This document shows positions 24,499-37,861 of a DNA stretch of 64,000 bases, one piece after another. The stretch is from Asterias rubens (Eukaryota), in assembly GCF_902459465.1 (NCBI RefSeq), contig NC_047075.1, forward strand, positions 13,764,001 through 13,828,000, in the 5' to 3' direction. Every line of letters starts with the position of its first letter. Position 1 is the first letter of the stretch. The notes under the pieces are model-generated. The model ran no database searches and was not told where the DNA came from. It saw only the letters and a program-made list of their open reading frames with translations. Made by a program: the position numbers and the translations under genes.

Positions 24499-24855
24499 AG
24501 GGTCTATGTAACTTTTGTAGGACAAAAAACACAATGTCCACAGATTTACACTAAACTTACAGTTTGAAGATAATGATAATAGAAAGCTGCCCTGAAGATA
24601 TTACGTGCTGAGGTGCTATAGTTTTTAGGAAATGAGTTTAACAACGTCATGGAAATAATTTTCATCTCATGAGACGAAAATTGTTTTAATCATTTACAAA
24701 CGTATTTTTATGACATTCGTTTACTCATTTCTCAAAAACTACAGCACCTCAGTAGGTAATAGTTGAGGGGAAGCTTTCCATTATCATTATCTTCAAACCC
24801 TGGAAGTTTAAGGACAAGTAAATGTATGTACTTTTTGAAAAAGTACCCAAATCCA
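24499..24855. mobile_element. TTAA-flanked (Kolobok-type) MITE
   Basis: TTAA at 24495-24498 and 24856-24859. About 140-bp imperfect inverted arms sharing TTTGAAGATAATGATAAT...CTGAGGTGCT...AAATGAG. Confidence 0.75.
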
Positions 24856-25108
24856 TTAAGGGTCAGGACGGAACCATGACAAAAATTGTAAACGTTTCTT
24901 ATAAACACATACAAATTTGCCACGTGAGATATTGTCGGGATCCCGACATTAACTTATTTTCAGCACATTGTTTCACTGCTACTAATAATTGGCGGACTTT
25001 TCGAGCAACGGCTTAAATGAAAGCTTGTAACTTCTTCGACCAAAATACTTGAATTTTAAATAAAACAATTTGGGTCAAATCGGCCAAAAATCTGACTTGT
25101 CTCTTTAA

Positions 25109-25301
25109 AGACACTGGACACCTTTGGGTTTTTTGAAAGACCATCATCTTGAGTGAGAAATTACTTCTTTCTCAAAAACCACATTACTTTAGAAGGAGCC
25201 GTTTTCACAATGATTAACAATTATCGACAGCTCTCCATTACTTGTTTTATACCCAGCAAGATTTATGCTAACATTATTTTGACCAATAGTGTCCAGTGAC
25301 T
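25109..25301. mobile_element. TTAA-flanked (Kolobok-type) MITE, internally deleted
   Basis: TTAA|AGACACTGGACAC ... GTGTCCAGTGACT|TTAA. Confidence 0.75.
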
Positions 25302-26895
25302 TTAAGCTCAACATTGAACTCGCTTGTTCGTTAATATTAAAAGGACACACACGTATTAGGCCGGTTGCTTATAATACACAGTGATATGTAGACTGGTATG
25401 CTACATCGAAAAACGATGATATAAACAAAGCATTCGTCTGCAAAAGTGCGTGACAATGTCACAAAGATTTGACGGTTGCAATGGCTGGAAAGGCGTATAC
25501 ACTGGCCTTTGACTGATTTGGGTTTTTATATAATTGTTTTCTAAAACTACGTGATACTTTGATGATTTTTTTTTTACATCAACCATCTAAACAAATTATA
25601 TCGATGATTCTACACCACTATAAAATACGTAAAAAGGTGAGCCGGTGTGTCCCTTTGATCAGAAAAAAGGGTAGAACACTACACTTTGTGGTCTGGTCGG
25701 TAGTTGTTGTTTTTTTATTTGAAAACAGTGGCAAGACACTCAACACTAAAAGATGTTCATAAAGTTTGGAAATAATTTGCTACCAACATTTTAAAGTTTC
25801 ACCTGCCCTTCTCCGGTTACACTTAAAATGGTAAGCTCTTTGGCTGAAAAAAAAATCTGCCAACAGCAGTTTAACTAAGCGACCAGCTTTCCCCTTTGGC
25901 TCCAACTAAAATCCCTGAATACCTTAAATAACAAAATAAAACACCTGTAGATTAAACAGTTTTGGTATTTGTGTGCTTATTTTGTGTGACGTGTTTTTAT
26001 ACCCCGACAGCCAAGCAAAAACGGTAATAAAAACTCTCCTGCGTATCTCAACAGAAGGACCAGAGCCTGTTCAGTTTGACCCACAGCCTGTAGTTTCCAG
26101 GTGGTGGAGTAGCTGTATCACATCCCGACTACCCAACATATAAAAGCACGAACTCAGCGGACACCAACACAGCAAGTTGGGGAGATGCCAACCGATGATG
26201 ACTCCGAGTCACTAGATTCAGAACAGGAGTGGTAATCTGTTTGGTAATCTGTTTTAAGTGTTATGATGAATATAAAATTGTAGTACCCACTGTTGGCTCA
26301 GTCATTGCATCGTAAAATCGTAAACAAAATACACTAGTGGTAACGTTACAAGTATCCTGGTCTTATTTATTATTTATTGTTTACTCTTCTTTATGTTACT
26401 TTTTTCTTAATGTTAGTTTTTACAACTATTATAGCGTTGTCTTTACAAAGCAAGTAAACAGTGACAATGACATAAAGATGGGTTGGAAAATTTACCACCA
26501 TCTTGAAATCAGAGGAAAATATACATAAGTCATCAACAAATATAGGTTTGAAAATGGCCTTGGTGCCCTTTCAGTTGGGCTTGGTGCCCCTTTCTTTTGT
26601 GCAGCTTTTGAGGCCAAGTGGCCCTGACCCTCTGAAGCTAAAGATGGAGGCCTGGATTAATTAAAAAAGTAAAGCTATCTCAGCTTTGAAACTTTATGGA
26701 ATTGTAGGTCTTCATGCATTATCAACAGAAATGTAAAACAAAACAAAAAAAAATGTTTAAAAAAATCCTGTAGCACGCAGTGTGCTACTTCGTCGAAGCG
26801 CTCTAATTGCTCAGGGTTCGATGTATGTTGATGGTTTAATTTCTTATATTTTTAATATTTCAATTTTATGGGTTTAGGCTCTTAGACCAGGAGCC

Positions 26896-29496
26896 CAAAA
26901 CATTTATTCAAGTAAAAAAAGCCGAAGCTGTCGCCCCGTTGGATGAAAGAGTCTTACCAGGAAATCACACAAATACACTGCTGCCAGATTTTGGGCGTGG
27001 CCTAAGGTCCCAAATGAGGTAATTAGTGGCGCCATTACAGGAAAACGCGTTTTTGACGATATCTCAAAAACTATACATGGTAATATCAAAATTGTTGTCG
27101 CTACACCCTCGTTTTCATGTTCAATCCTTACAATGAACACATTTGAAGTGCCAGAAAATGTATAGTTTGACAACAATCATCTAAATGTCAGACATTACCA
27201 GAAACCTAAAAAAAAAAATTCGACATTGCAAAAGTGGTCTACAACTTTGTTCTTGGCACTAAAACATTGTGTAAACGATTTAATGATGTGTTTTATTTGA
27301 GAAAAAAACAAATGAACAAGTACATCTTTCAACTATTGTAAGTTATATCGCCTAGTGGAGACATTAAACTCAAACAAAACAACAAACTGCATGGAACTTG
27401 CATAAAGTTTACACGTTGTACTTGATTGAAATGCTGGTTAACTAAATATGGATATTGCCCATTTCAAAACAATTTGTAATTGTTCTCATGATAAATACAA
27501 GACACATCAACAGCTCATCAACCCACATGGACACTGGCAGGACGTGGACGTAGATGCTTTGAAGGGATTGAGAAGCTAATCCCACCATTTCTCGCCTGAC
27601 TGAAAAAGGCTAAATTTAAGCCGACTGCATCTGAAGTCATCCGGAGTGAAATGAAAAGGATACGGCTAGAGAAACTCTTGTCAGTCTGCAACCAGGGGAG
27701 GGACCAGCTAATCAGCTTAAGCCATACAGAATTAAACATGACAACGCTGACATGAATGCAGTCACTGACACATTGAACAACACATGCAACCCATTTGCCA
27801 TGTCCTGCTGATCTCCTCAATGTCTCATCAGGAAGAGCAGCGAAGAAGGAGACAAAGACGTTTCTCCTTGGACCACTTAAACGAGGAGAAGAAACCTGCC
27901 TGAAGTTCGTGGATGACTGTTCGTGGATGGGTCGCGTAACATGGATTAAAAGTTGAACTTTGCTGCAGGGAACATGAAGAAGTCAAAGACTACATGTAAG
28001 AGAGTGGTTGGCGCAGAAGGAGTCAGAGATGTCTTTGGACGAATGGTAGTTGTTACGGCCAAGATGACCATTGCATTCAACTTGCCCCACATTCTAAGCT
28101 ACCCAGTCACTGATATGCCCCTTTCTCTTGCCCATAGCCAAAACACTCCCCTCAAGACGAACAAAGCAGCGCTGACAAAAACACCTGAAAGCAGACAAGA
28201 AGTTGCACCTGTGAACACCAGTATTCCTTCATTAAAAGCCACGGTTATCGATGGTGGCATTATCATTCATGAGACTATACTGCAGCATAGTGAATCCACG
28301 TACCATGGCTATTAAGATCTTTTGAAGGTTTGCTCGAGTCGTGGAGACATCATGTTTCTTTAGAAAGGGTAAAGTAAAGTAAAGCCCTTACAGACTAAAG
28401 TCCGATCCAGCCCATGTTCTGGCAATGCGATCTCCCTGACGAATCCGAAGTAGACATTCAGCTGTTACAACCATTGTCTGCTCGCCGACATCAATGAAGC
28501 GAGATACAATGCTTTCATAGGCATAAGTGGCGGTAATGAGAAGCAACCCCTTGCAAACATAAAATAGGAAAATTGGGCCTCTCTTCCATCATGCAGTAAC
28601 ACACTTGAAAATCACATCAGGAGGGCAAGAGTCTCTCAATGATCAACCTGATGACACGGAGAGAGCCGAACCTGCAACCGATGCTAGCTCTGAGGGCGAC
28701 AGCGCTTGGAGTGAAGAAAACGAAGATTTATTTATAAATTTATTTATTTCTTGTTTATCCTGGGAAATCCATTCAGTAAGAAAAACTCACTGATCTTCCA
28801 TGGATCCCAGCTAACAACAATCTACAGAAGTGAACTAATAAGATAAAATATTAAAAATTTACACAGAAAAACATTGCACATTCATTTAAAAAAAGCACTA
28901 GATCCAAGCACACATACATTTTGTGAACTACAAAAAACGTTTTTAAATAGGACGAATAAAATTAAAGGGTGAAAAATACACATCCATTAAAAACACACAA
29001 CCAAAAACAAAGAAACAGATGAACCACAATGGAGTAATAACAAAAGCCAGGAGATGGGAGTGATGAGTGATGGACCGAGAATATGGTTAATACAGTGATG
29101 CCCGAACAACCTCAGATAAACATTTAACATTTTAGACACCATAAAATTGTTGTAAATGTAGTATTTTAGCATAGTTGTAAGCAAATTCTGCGGTACTGTA
29201 GTATATACATGTAGTTTTCCAAATTATTGTTAAAAAATATAGGTTTTCCGGTAATTTTGTCTCACATTAAGATGATTTTGGCAAGATTTACATTTTCTGG
29301 CACTACAAATGTGTTCATTGTAAAGATTGACCATGACAAAAATGTGTGTAGAGACACTTTTTGGATAATACCATATATGTAGTTTTTGACATATCGTCAA
29401 AAACCGGCAGCAATGCATTTTTCTGATATCCTGATAAGATCCTTTCATCCAATGGAAACGACAGCTTCGGCCATTTTCACTTGAATAAATGTTCTA
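26896..29496 (+). mobile_element. Internally deleted Academ-like (AcademX) DNA transposon
   Basis: About 270-bp imperfect TIRs: 26896-27210 versus the reverse complement of 29230-29496 (TAGAACATTTATTCAAGT...GCCGAAGCTGTCG...TTGGATGAAAG). The right end is CTA. Confidence 0.7.
27953..28600 (+). pseudogene. Academ-like transposase fragment (start of XPG/PIN-like domain)
   Basis: RDVFGRMVV...ILSYPVTDMPLSLAH...LKTNKAAL...LKATVIDGG. A later fragment INEARYNAF precedes SLPSCS. Confidence 0.55.
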
Positions 29497-30414
29497 TGCT
29501 CCTGCTCTATCTGCATTAAAGGGACAAACCGGCTCACCGTTTACGCAATTTAGGGCTGTAGAATCATAAATAATGTTTTCATAGATGGTTGCTTTAAATA
29601 AGACAATCAAAATGTCACGTACTTAGCGAACAATTATTTAAAAACCTAAAAGGGCAGCGTGTACGAGTTTCCAGCCGTTGCCACTGTCAAATCTTCGTGA
29701 CGTCGTCGCACAATGTTGTAACTAAACTGGTGTTTTGGTTATAGCAACGTTTTACTACGACGCAGCATAAGGATCCAGTCTATCCATAAATTATAATCGA
29801 CCAGCATCAAGTAACTAAAAGATCAGGCAAATCCCTCGACGATGGAGGTAGTCGTGCTTCGATGTACATCCAAAGATCGTCACGAAGAACACAAAAAACT
29901 AACCAAGAATATGATGGGACAGTGACAAGTAAATAAAGCATTCCTGGCACCAACTAGGCCTACAACTGCATAGCCATGATGCAGTTTGGAATGCCATCGT
30001 GGCGTACATGCTCCCGATGTGCTACTCCTAGAACTAATTGCGGTTTCGTCTGGCTATCGGCTCCCATAACGGGAGACGATAGCCGGACGAAATCGAGTAC
30101 CAACGTGCCAGGACCCAATTTCATAATGCCTGTAGGCCGATAGAGGCACAGAAACTTGCTTAGCACAAAATAGTATATTGCATAGCAGAAACTTATACCA
30201 GCCAAATTTTACTTAAATTCGAAATGTTGTGAACTTGCGGCTGGTGCCCGACTAAATTTTTGAATAGTAAAGAAATTTTGTAAGCTGTATTTTCTGCTAA
30301 ACAGATAAAACTGATCAACAGGCCCTGTTATTCACAGTGAAACATTTTGTAATCTCGGGGGGGGGGGGGGGGTGTCGTGAGGGATTCAAAAGCGTCCTTG
30401 TGAGAATGTATTTT

Positions 30415-30835
30415 GAAACATAAGCCGGGCTTGACTCGGGATTGAAAGCGTATAAGCGTAGCTGAGTAGCTGCGTAGCTTGGAACGTAATCATTTCTTTT
30501 AGAACGTAAGCATATTTTAGAACATAAGCGTAGCTGGGTATCTTGGAACGTAAACGTAGCAGCGTATGGAACGTAAGCGTAACTTGACTCAGGATTGAAA
30601 GCGTACCTTTTGTTATTATAGCATAACTTGAAGAAACGTAAGAGTATCGTGTAATTTAAGCATAGCTGAGAACCTGTGTAGCTTAGAACGTAACCTTATC
30701 TTGTGGTCCGTAAGCATATCTTGGAATGTAAGCGTAGCTGGGTATCTTGGAACGTAAACGTAGCTGCGTATGGAACGTAAGCGTAGCGACTCAGGATTGA
30801 GAGCGTACCTATCGTTATTATAGCGTAACTAGTGA
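30415..30835. repeat. Complex tandem repeat built from GGAACGTAAGCGTAGC-like subunits, higher-order period of about 205 bp
   Basis: TAAGCGTAGCTGGGTATCTTGGAACGTAAACGTAGC...GACTCAGGATTGA.AGCGTACC occurs at about 30524 and about 30729. Confidence 0.8.
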
Positions 30836-30949
30836 AGTAACATTAGCGTTTATTTTAATTAGATGTTTTTAAATTGGAAGTTTAAGCAGCTGATCAATGT
30901 TTGACACTCTTGAAAGAAATATTCTTAATGTTTACATCAAAATAGCATA

Positions 30950-31400
30950 CCCCAGACAGATTCGTTGACACCCTTTTCAGTGACCAGCATCATTCCAGAA
31001 TAACTGTAAATTGACCATCTTTTGAAACATCATAAAAACGCCATTGGCCCAAATTCAAAGAACACCCTAATTTTCTCCGATATGCCTTGCTTTAATACCA
31101 CCGGTAGCACCCTTCCGGCTAACATCACTGTTTCCAAACTTCGTCCCGACATTGTCATAATCAATACCCAAACAAAACACGTCAATCTGGTTGAGCTGAC
31201 AGTGCCATCTGAACAAAACATATCCGAGGCTCATGAACGAAAACACAAAAAGTACGCCAACCTGGTAGCCGACATCTCACAAAATGGGTACAATTGCAAC
31301 CTCACCTGCATTGAAATTGGGTCATTGCTCATTCACTAAAACTAAAGCTCCTTAGTCTCTCAAAAAGGAACTTAGTAAAATATGCTCGTACGAGAAATAC
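30950..31400 (+). pseudogene. 3' fragment of an RLE-clade non-LTR retrotransposon (HERO/NeSL-like restriction-like endonuclease)
   Basis: LRPDIVII...VNLVELTVPSEQNISEAHERKHKKY..L...GY......IEIGS, the PD-(D/E)xK RLE signature. Confidence 0.8.
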
Positions 31401-32790
31401 ACGCCCACTGCTTTAACTGGAATGTTTGCCCATTCAACATTTAAGGGCTTTAAACGGATCGAAAAGCTTGAGAATACTTTTAGCGTATTGTTCATCTGCC
31501 AGCTCATCTGCTACAGCACAACTATTGTCATCTGCTTACTGAATCTTTTATAATGTCCCTACCGTTAACAGAAACACCCTAAATTTTTGCACCTTTCCTA
31601 ACGGTGTAGGAGAGAATCTCTTTAAAAACAGGTATGGTCCGAGTGGGTCTCCTTGTCTCACTCCTCTACCCACGGGAAAGTACGCTGAACTGAAGAAACG
31701 AAACCTGGTTTGCAGATAAAAAGTTTGGAGAGGAACAATAAATTATCATGTTTAAGTACTTTTCGGAAAATAATTGTTCACCAGATTGAGGTTGCCAACT
31801 ATTACTTTAACCATGCTATGGGTTGCGGTGGCAGTTATTGACAGGACGGGCTGATTGTAAAAGATGGTTTATAACGAAAAGATCCCCTAATAATTGAATA
31901 TATATATAACGATTGTTATGAACTCGGGGGACTATTAAAAATATCTGGTCATGCTAACTTTATAAGAAATTGCATAATAGCCCCAACTGACCGATTTGCC
32001 TGTCTGGCTGGCAGGCTGAAAGTGTGAGCAAGGTTTACGAAATGAGGGTTCTCTGTCAGTATACAAAGCTAAATATAAAATTTAATGAACAACTTTGTAA
32101 TTTTGTAATAAAATATTTACCTGCCTGTACCTCAGATAAGTCATATCTTTCAATGCTGATGCCCACTTTTTCAGCGAGATCTGCCAGTGACAGGATAAGA
32201 GGTGTATAGTGGTTACATCATTCTGCATTATCAGAACTGAGAAAGGCTTTGGTCGTGTTTAAATGTCTTCGTTTCAGCTCAAGCACTTCTTTTACTGATA
32301 GCACGCTCCACCAATTCTGGACGCATGGCTGGATCAGATGGACGAAGCATGACATAACAACATAACAAGAGAAAGAAAAGTGTTATTTTTTTTTGTAATA
32401 AGATTTTCATCATAATAAATAACTCCATATTTTTTTTTCATTTTTTTTTCTGTGTACTTATTTAATAATTAAATATGACGAGTCAGTAATACAAATGCAA
32501 ATGACTAAAAGAGTTTTCAATGATTGTTTGTATTTCACGTTGATTGATTACATTCGTGCACTATATTTTCATTATTCCAACACAATACTCGATTTGAACA
32601 ATAAGGCAAACTTATCAAACGTTTTTCGTAATTTCGAACTGTCTAGTGTGTAATTTGTCCTACTATTTGTATACTATTTCAATCACTGTTTATTAAACTT
32701 GATTAAAATAACTTGACTTTCGATACAAGTTACTGTTTAATTACAAGTACATGTCGAGATGTTATGAGTCAGTTCAGGTAAATAGTTGCT

Positions 32791-33900
32791 CACGGTCAAA
32801 AAATGATTTTTTTTTATACTTTGTGGGTGGAAGGGCCTTGGGCTGCAAGTAACCAAAATTGCATTTTCAATTCCATACATAGCCCGTTGCCATGGTTACG
32901 GCTCATTTTGTTTTTTGGCCATTTTAGGCCGATTTTGGGGTTTGAAAAACTGGTTTTTAGCTCATTTACAACTCCACCCCACCGAAATGCAAAATTATTT
33001 CAAAAAACCTTGTATATCACTACAAAGTGTCATCCTTGGCCTTCCTTGAGAAAAAAATTATTGCTTTAAATATCATCCTTGTGCTATTTTTGCATCGTGC
33101 ATTACAGTATGTTTTTAGAACTTGCAAAATCGCCATTTTTACCCTATTTTTTGACCACAAAATGTCAATTTGCCAGGGGTCTCAGAAAATTTTCCTTTTG
33201 ACTGTGGTTAGGGCCAACATTGGTCTTTTCATATCTGGTGAGAAAAACTTGGGCAATTGTATCCTGTTGTGACAGTACTGCCTCAAAACTAGACTTTTTT
33301 CCCCAAAACGTGAAAAAATGCTTTTAAAGGGTCTTTTCAAATAATATTGACATACGTGTCCACGTTGAAAAAAAGATCATTTTTCTTATACTTTGTGGAT
33401 GGTAGGGACTTGGGGTCCAAATAAACAAAATTTACATTTCAAATCATTATATAATACGTTGCCATGGTAACAGTTCATTTGTGTTTAGGCCACTTTTGGG
33501 GGTCTGAAAACTGTTTTTTAGTTAATATTTACAACTCTACCCCACCAAAAAAACTAAAATATTTCATAAAACCTTTTCCATCACTACAAATTATCATCCT
33601 TGGCTTTACTTGAGACAAAAAAGTTATGCTATAAATTTAACCTTTGTGCTATTTTTAGAGCGTGCATTAGAGTGTGTTTTTAGAACTTGCAAAATGAACA
33701 TTTTTACCATATTTTTGCCCTCATTTTTTTTTTCTTTTCAGGAGAACATTTTCCTTTCGGTTTTGAATAGGGCCAAAATTGGTCTTTTTATTTCTTGTAA
33801 AAAAAGCTTAGGCAATTGTATCCTGATGTAACAGTACTGTCTCAAAAATAGACCCTTTCCCCCAAAAACATGGAGAAATGCATTTTGAAATATTTGCTTC
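32791..33900 (+). repeat. Two diverged tandem ~570-bp units, each beginning CACG (transposon-end-like); partial third copy near 34240-34330
   Basis: 32791 CACGGTCAAAAAAATGATTTT...ATACTTTGTGGGTGG and 33361 CACGTTGAAAAAAAGATCATTTT...ATACTTTGTGGATGG are co-linear over the whole unit. Confidence 0.7.
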
Positions 33901-34951
33901 ATTTTGAATTTATAACAGAAAGAAGTAATACTTCCCTCAATCTGGCAGATCTTCATAAGCACTCTGTAGGCTTAGTGCATTACCCAACATTGATCAGGAC
34001 TTGTTGATGACCTAAATTTTAGAATATGCCCCACCTCTGCCCCACCCCAATCATATTTCTTGACATTGCATAAAACAAAGTTTTGTGAACGGCGGCTCTT
34101 TTTTGGAAGTAAGATTTTTGAATTCCCTTTACAAATCAAGAAAGTTTGTGCAGTCTAAATTTGTTTTGGTTCTCAGAATATTTCCCTTTTGGTTGTGATT
34201 GGGCTATCATTATGGTTTGCATGTCTGCTGGGGCGAAACACTTTGGTGTTGTGACACTTCTGCATCAAACATGGTAATTTTTCCAAAAACAAGAAAAATG
34301 CATTTTGAAGATATCCCTTAGTTTGAATTAATAAAACACAAAAACGAACATGATTGTTAAACAATCTGGCACTGTTTCCATGCTCTTTAAAGTAGCAAGT
34401 ACAACGTTTTTATTTGTAAGCCATAACCATGCTTTGCCACAGAGAGTTCTTGTTTTGTCATGACTACTTTACCAAGTTGTACAGGTATGATTCACATTGC
34501 AAGAAGAGAAGTAGTGCGATGAGCATTCTTTACAAGTTGTCGTACATGGCCTTATAACAGTCTCCTTGGTCTCCTGCCTGCTACCAAACTAAAAACATTT
34601 TCATCCCAATCAGAACAAAGAGGCTCTAAAAGTGCGCAAATACTGTCTCCAAAGTATCTAAATGGCCATTCACCTGCTTTGGCCTTCTGTAAGCAGTTCC
34701 CCCACCCATTTTGCAAACAATAACAGAGTTGGTTTATTTTTAACGTGATAAACAATTCAGCAGGTAATGTTTGACAATGTTTTTTGTTCATCGTTCTCAG
34801 AGACATTTAACAAATATGAGTTAGTAAGATAGTGAATGGAAAAAAATAATCAAACTAGGACAAATAAACTTTTGTCACTGCAATTGCATCTTACTTATTT
34901 ATGTTGAGCAGGTGCAAGTATTTACAACTTCTATCAATGTTGTTTCATTAA

Positions 34952-35169
34952 AGGAACACGTTGCCTTGGTTCGGTCGAGTTGGTGTTTAAAAAGCGTTTG
35001 TAACCGTTTATTTCAAAATGCACAGATTAGAAAGGTATTTTAAAAGTAGAATACAATGATCCACACAAGTATCACCCAAAAACATGTTTCTAACCATATG
35101 CATTTTATAACAAACGGTTACAAACGCATTTCAAAGACCAACTTGACCGATCCCAGACAACATGTTTCT
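34952..35169. mobile_element. TTAA-flanked (Kolobok-type) MITE
   Basis: TTAA|AGGAACACGTTGCCTTGG..TCGGTCGAGTTGGT ... ACCAACTTGACCGATCC..ACAACATGTTTCT|TTAA. Confidence 0.8.
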
Positions 35170-35385
35170 TTAAATGATCTCTTACGCTCATTTTGCAAAT
35201 CGTCAGTATCATTGTTTTTAACAACACTTTTATGCGGAGGCTTTTTAATTTTCCACATTTGTGTTGGACATGATTGGATGCTCCAAACCATCTGCATCAC
35301 AGAAACTATATTGTTTATGATCTCTATCTCTATGAAAAGTTTTACATTTGGTAGCAGGCAGGGACCAAGGAGAGTAGGCCCTGTA

Positions 35386-35880
35386 CATAGAGCTATATAT
35401 ATTGACTAGAGCGCTAACACCTCGTTATACACGCACTAAAGTTTTGAAGCCATGTGGGTGCATCCTTGTTTATGTACAAACCAATACAAAAGCTTGAAAT
35501 TTTGTACGGCAATTGTACGGCTATTTGCATGATCGTGCGTCTGTTCTTTTTTATGTGCCATCGAAGCAAAAAATGCAGTAAATGTGAACGCACAATCTGC
35601 TGATCAGCGCCCAAACTGCGAGTGTCATCTGCGTCATGATTAAAAGGTGCGTTTACTTTTTTTAGTACGGCAATCAAGTCGAAGTTGCGGTTTTCATAGC
35701 GCGGACGTACGCGAGTGGACAGCTGCGTCCGTATACGCACACGCAGAATGTAAAATAATCGCGGCAATGTGTGTTCTCTTAAAATTCCGAATTCACGCAA
35801 CACATCAAACATGTCTGCGCCCAGGGTGGCTTCAAAATGCAGAGCAAGTTAGCGCTCTAGTCAATATATATAGCTCTATG
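35386..35880. mobile_element. 495-bp MITE with 33-bp TIRs and 8-bp TSD (hAT- or P-type)
   Basis: TIR CATAGAGCTATATATATTGACTAGAGCGCTAAC, perfect at both ends. TSD GCCCTGTA at 35378-35385 and 35881-35888. Confidence 0.92.
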
Positions 35881-36877
35881 GCCCTGTATTAAAGACAACT
35901 TGTAAAAAATGCTCATCGCACTCTACTTGCAATGGGAATAATACCTGTACAATAGGTAAAATAGCCAAATCAAGAACTCTCAGTGGCAAAGCATTGGTTA
36001 TGGCTTGGTTGGATACCATTATGTTAAATATAAACTTTGTATTCAATACTCAAAGGGCATTGAAACAGTGTCAGACTTTTACAAGCATGCATTGATTTTG
36101 AAAAAAAATTACTATACTATTGAGCCAGGTAGTGTGACAACAGGAAACCCAAGTGTTTCTCCCAGAAGACATGAAAACACCAATAATCGCCCCAATCACA
36201 ACTGAAAGGGAACACTTTCAAAAAAGAGGCGCTATTCACAAAACATTGTTTTATGCAATTACAAGGAATATGATTGGGGCTGGGCCGGGCAAATTCTAAA
36301 ATGTATGTCATCAATAATAAAATAAGCATGTTTTTTCACAATTTTCTCAGATGACAGATTGAGATCAAACAATTTTTACAGGTTGTGTTTTCCCATGTAT
36401 GTTTTGTATCACACAAAGTAAGAACTTTGCAGTATCAGCTTTACCAATCCTCTATTTTACCTTTAAGTGTGGGCTTGAACAGTTTCGCATACGTTCCAAG
36501 TGAGGACTCAGGAGAAAGTTTTAAGTGTTGTTCACAAAATCAAAGGAATATATTTAATTTTTTTGGAACAAAAGTATAGATTATCATTTTCAACAAAAAT
36601 AATAATAACACAAAAGGGTAGTGTTTTGCTGGGAGGTCTGTATTTCAAATTATAAAAAATGCATTGCAGTGAAAGTATAAAACTGCAGGGTGGAGTTACT
36701 TTTTGAGTGCGCGGAATCTAAGGCCACTGACCTTTGTCCTTATAGCCTGCTTTATTTGAACTGCCGTTGTTGTCGTCTCTGACGTGTTCTTCAGAGTGAA
36801 ATCTGTTAAAAGCATTTTTAAAAAAACATGTCATATATATATATTAGAACATCACTACTTACAGCCTCGTCTCCAAG

Positions 36878-37054
36878 CAGCGGTGTAGCCAGAATTTTTT
36901 CAGTAGGGGCACAGAGGGGATTGGCTTTCAGGGGGTGGGGGGGGGGGGGGGGGCAGCAGGGGAAAATCATGTCAATATTAGCTCTTTTGGGAGGGCACCT
37001 GGGAGGCACTTGAAATTTCTGGGGCCCCCAGGCCCCACCTTGGCTACGCTACTG
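36878..37054. mobile_element. hAT-type MITE
   Basis: TIRs CAGCGGTGTAGCCAG and CAGTAGCGTAGCCAAG (reverse complement). TSD TCTCCAAG/TCTCCAAT (7 of 8). Confidence 0.8.
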
Positions 37055-37861
37055 TCTCCAATATTGCGTTCATCTTCGCAACTTTAAAGGTACATAAATA
37101 AATAGAATATATGGAACCGTTTTTAACATGATATTTCACTCATACAGTTGAAATCTTTTGGTTTCCTTAACATAAATATTATACTTCAAATCAGTTTTTT
37201 TATTAGTTTTTTTTTCTTCTAATGATTATATTGTTCTCTCATCTTGTTTTTACATGTTATTAATATCTCCAAGGTTAATTCAACATTTTATACACAAAAT
37301 TCCCCCTCCATTCTGTAAATTTTACGAACAATTTATAAGTTTCAAAAAGTTTGTTTTCCTCTACATGTATTTTTGGTTTTAGTTTTTCTTTTTTTCTTAA
37401 GAGGTGTAGCTTATGAAATAGCGAAAGTAAAATTATACTTTATACTTTATAGTCGGCATCTGATTGAAGAATAGTTTTTATGCTTTGTGTGGGTTGTTGA
37501 TTTAATCTAATCGATATCACTTGAAAAGGTTTAACTTAACTGTCCAGTTTATGAAAGAATATGCTTTTTCATAGTCTTTTTCTCCCTTAAGATGTATACC
37601 CACCCAATTTATGAAAACAAATTTAAACAAATTCATCAGGGCAACCATTCAGAAGACTTATTTCTGTTTTATTAAAACGACAATACAGTCAACTCTGGTT
37701 GTTCTGCATATAGAGAGCAAATTCTGAGGTCCAAGGTCTGAAGTGGTCTTTGTGTTTCTTTGTTTCGCTGTCCTTTTATAACGACATTCCTCTTATAAAG
37801 AGGTAACTTGGTCGGTCCCATGGACTTTGTATGCCAATAAGTTTGCTTGGACAATACTTAC

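Larger units (their letters stand above)
34427..35999. repeat. Two inverted copies (34427-34541 and 35894-35999) of a ~110-bp repeat
   Basis: GCTTTGCCAC.GAGAGTTCTTG...GTGCGATGAGCATT.TTTACAAGTTGTC and its reverse complement. Confidence 0.6.

Noticed and set aside
30357-30372. Poly-G runs (also about 36937-36953) as G-quadruplex elements
   Set aside because: Simple homopolymers; the second lies inside a hAT MITE. Nothing indicates function.
31685-31710. Hammerhead-like CTGAAGA…GAAAC
   Set aside because: No stem II or stem I can be formed. The similar CTGAAGAG at about 5870 is cut by a MITE and cannot be evaluated.
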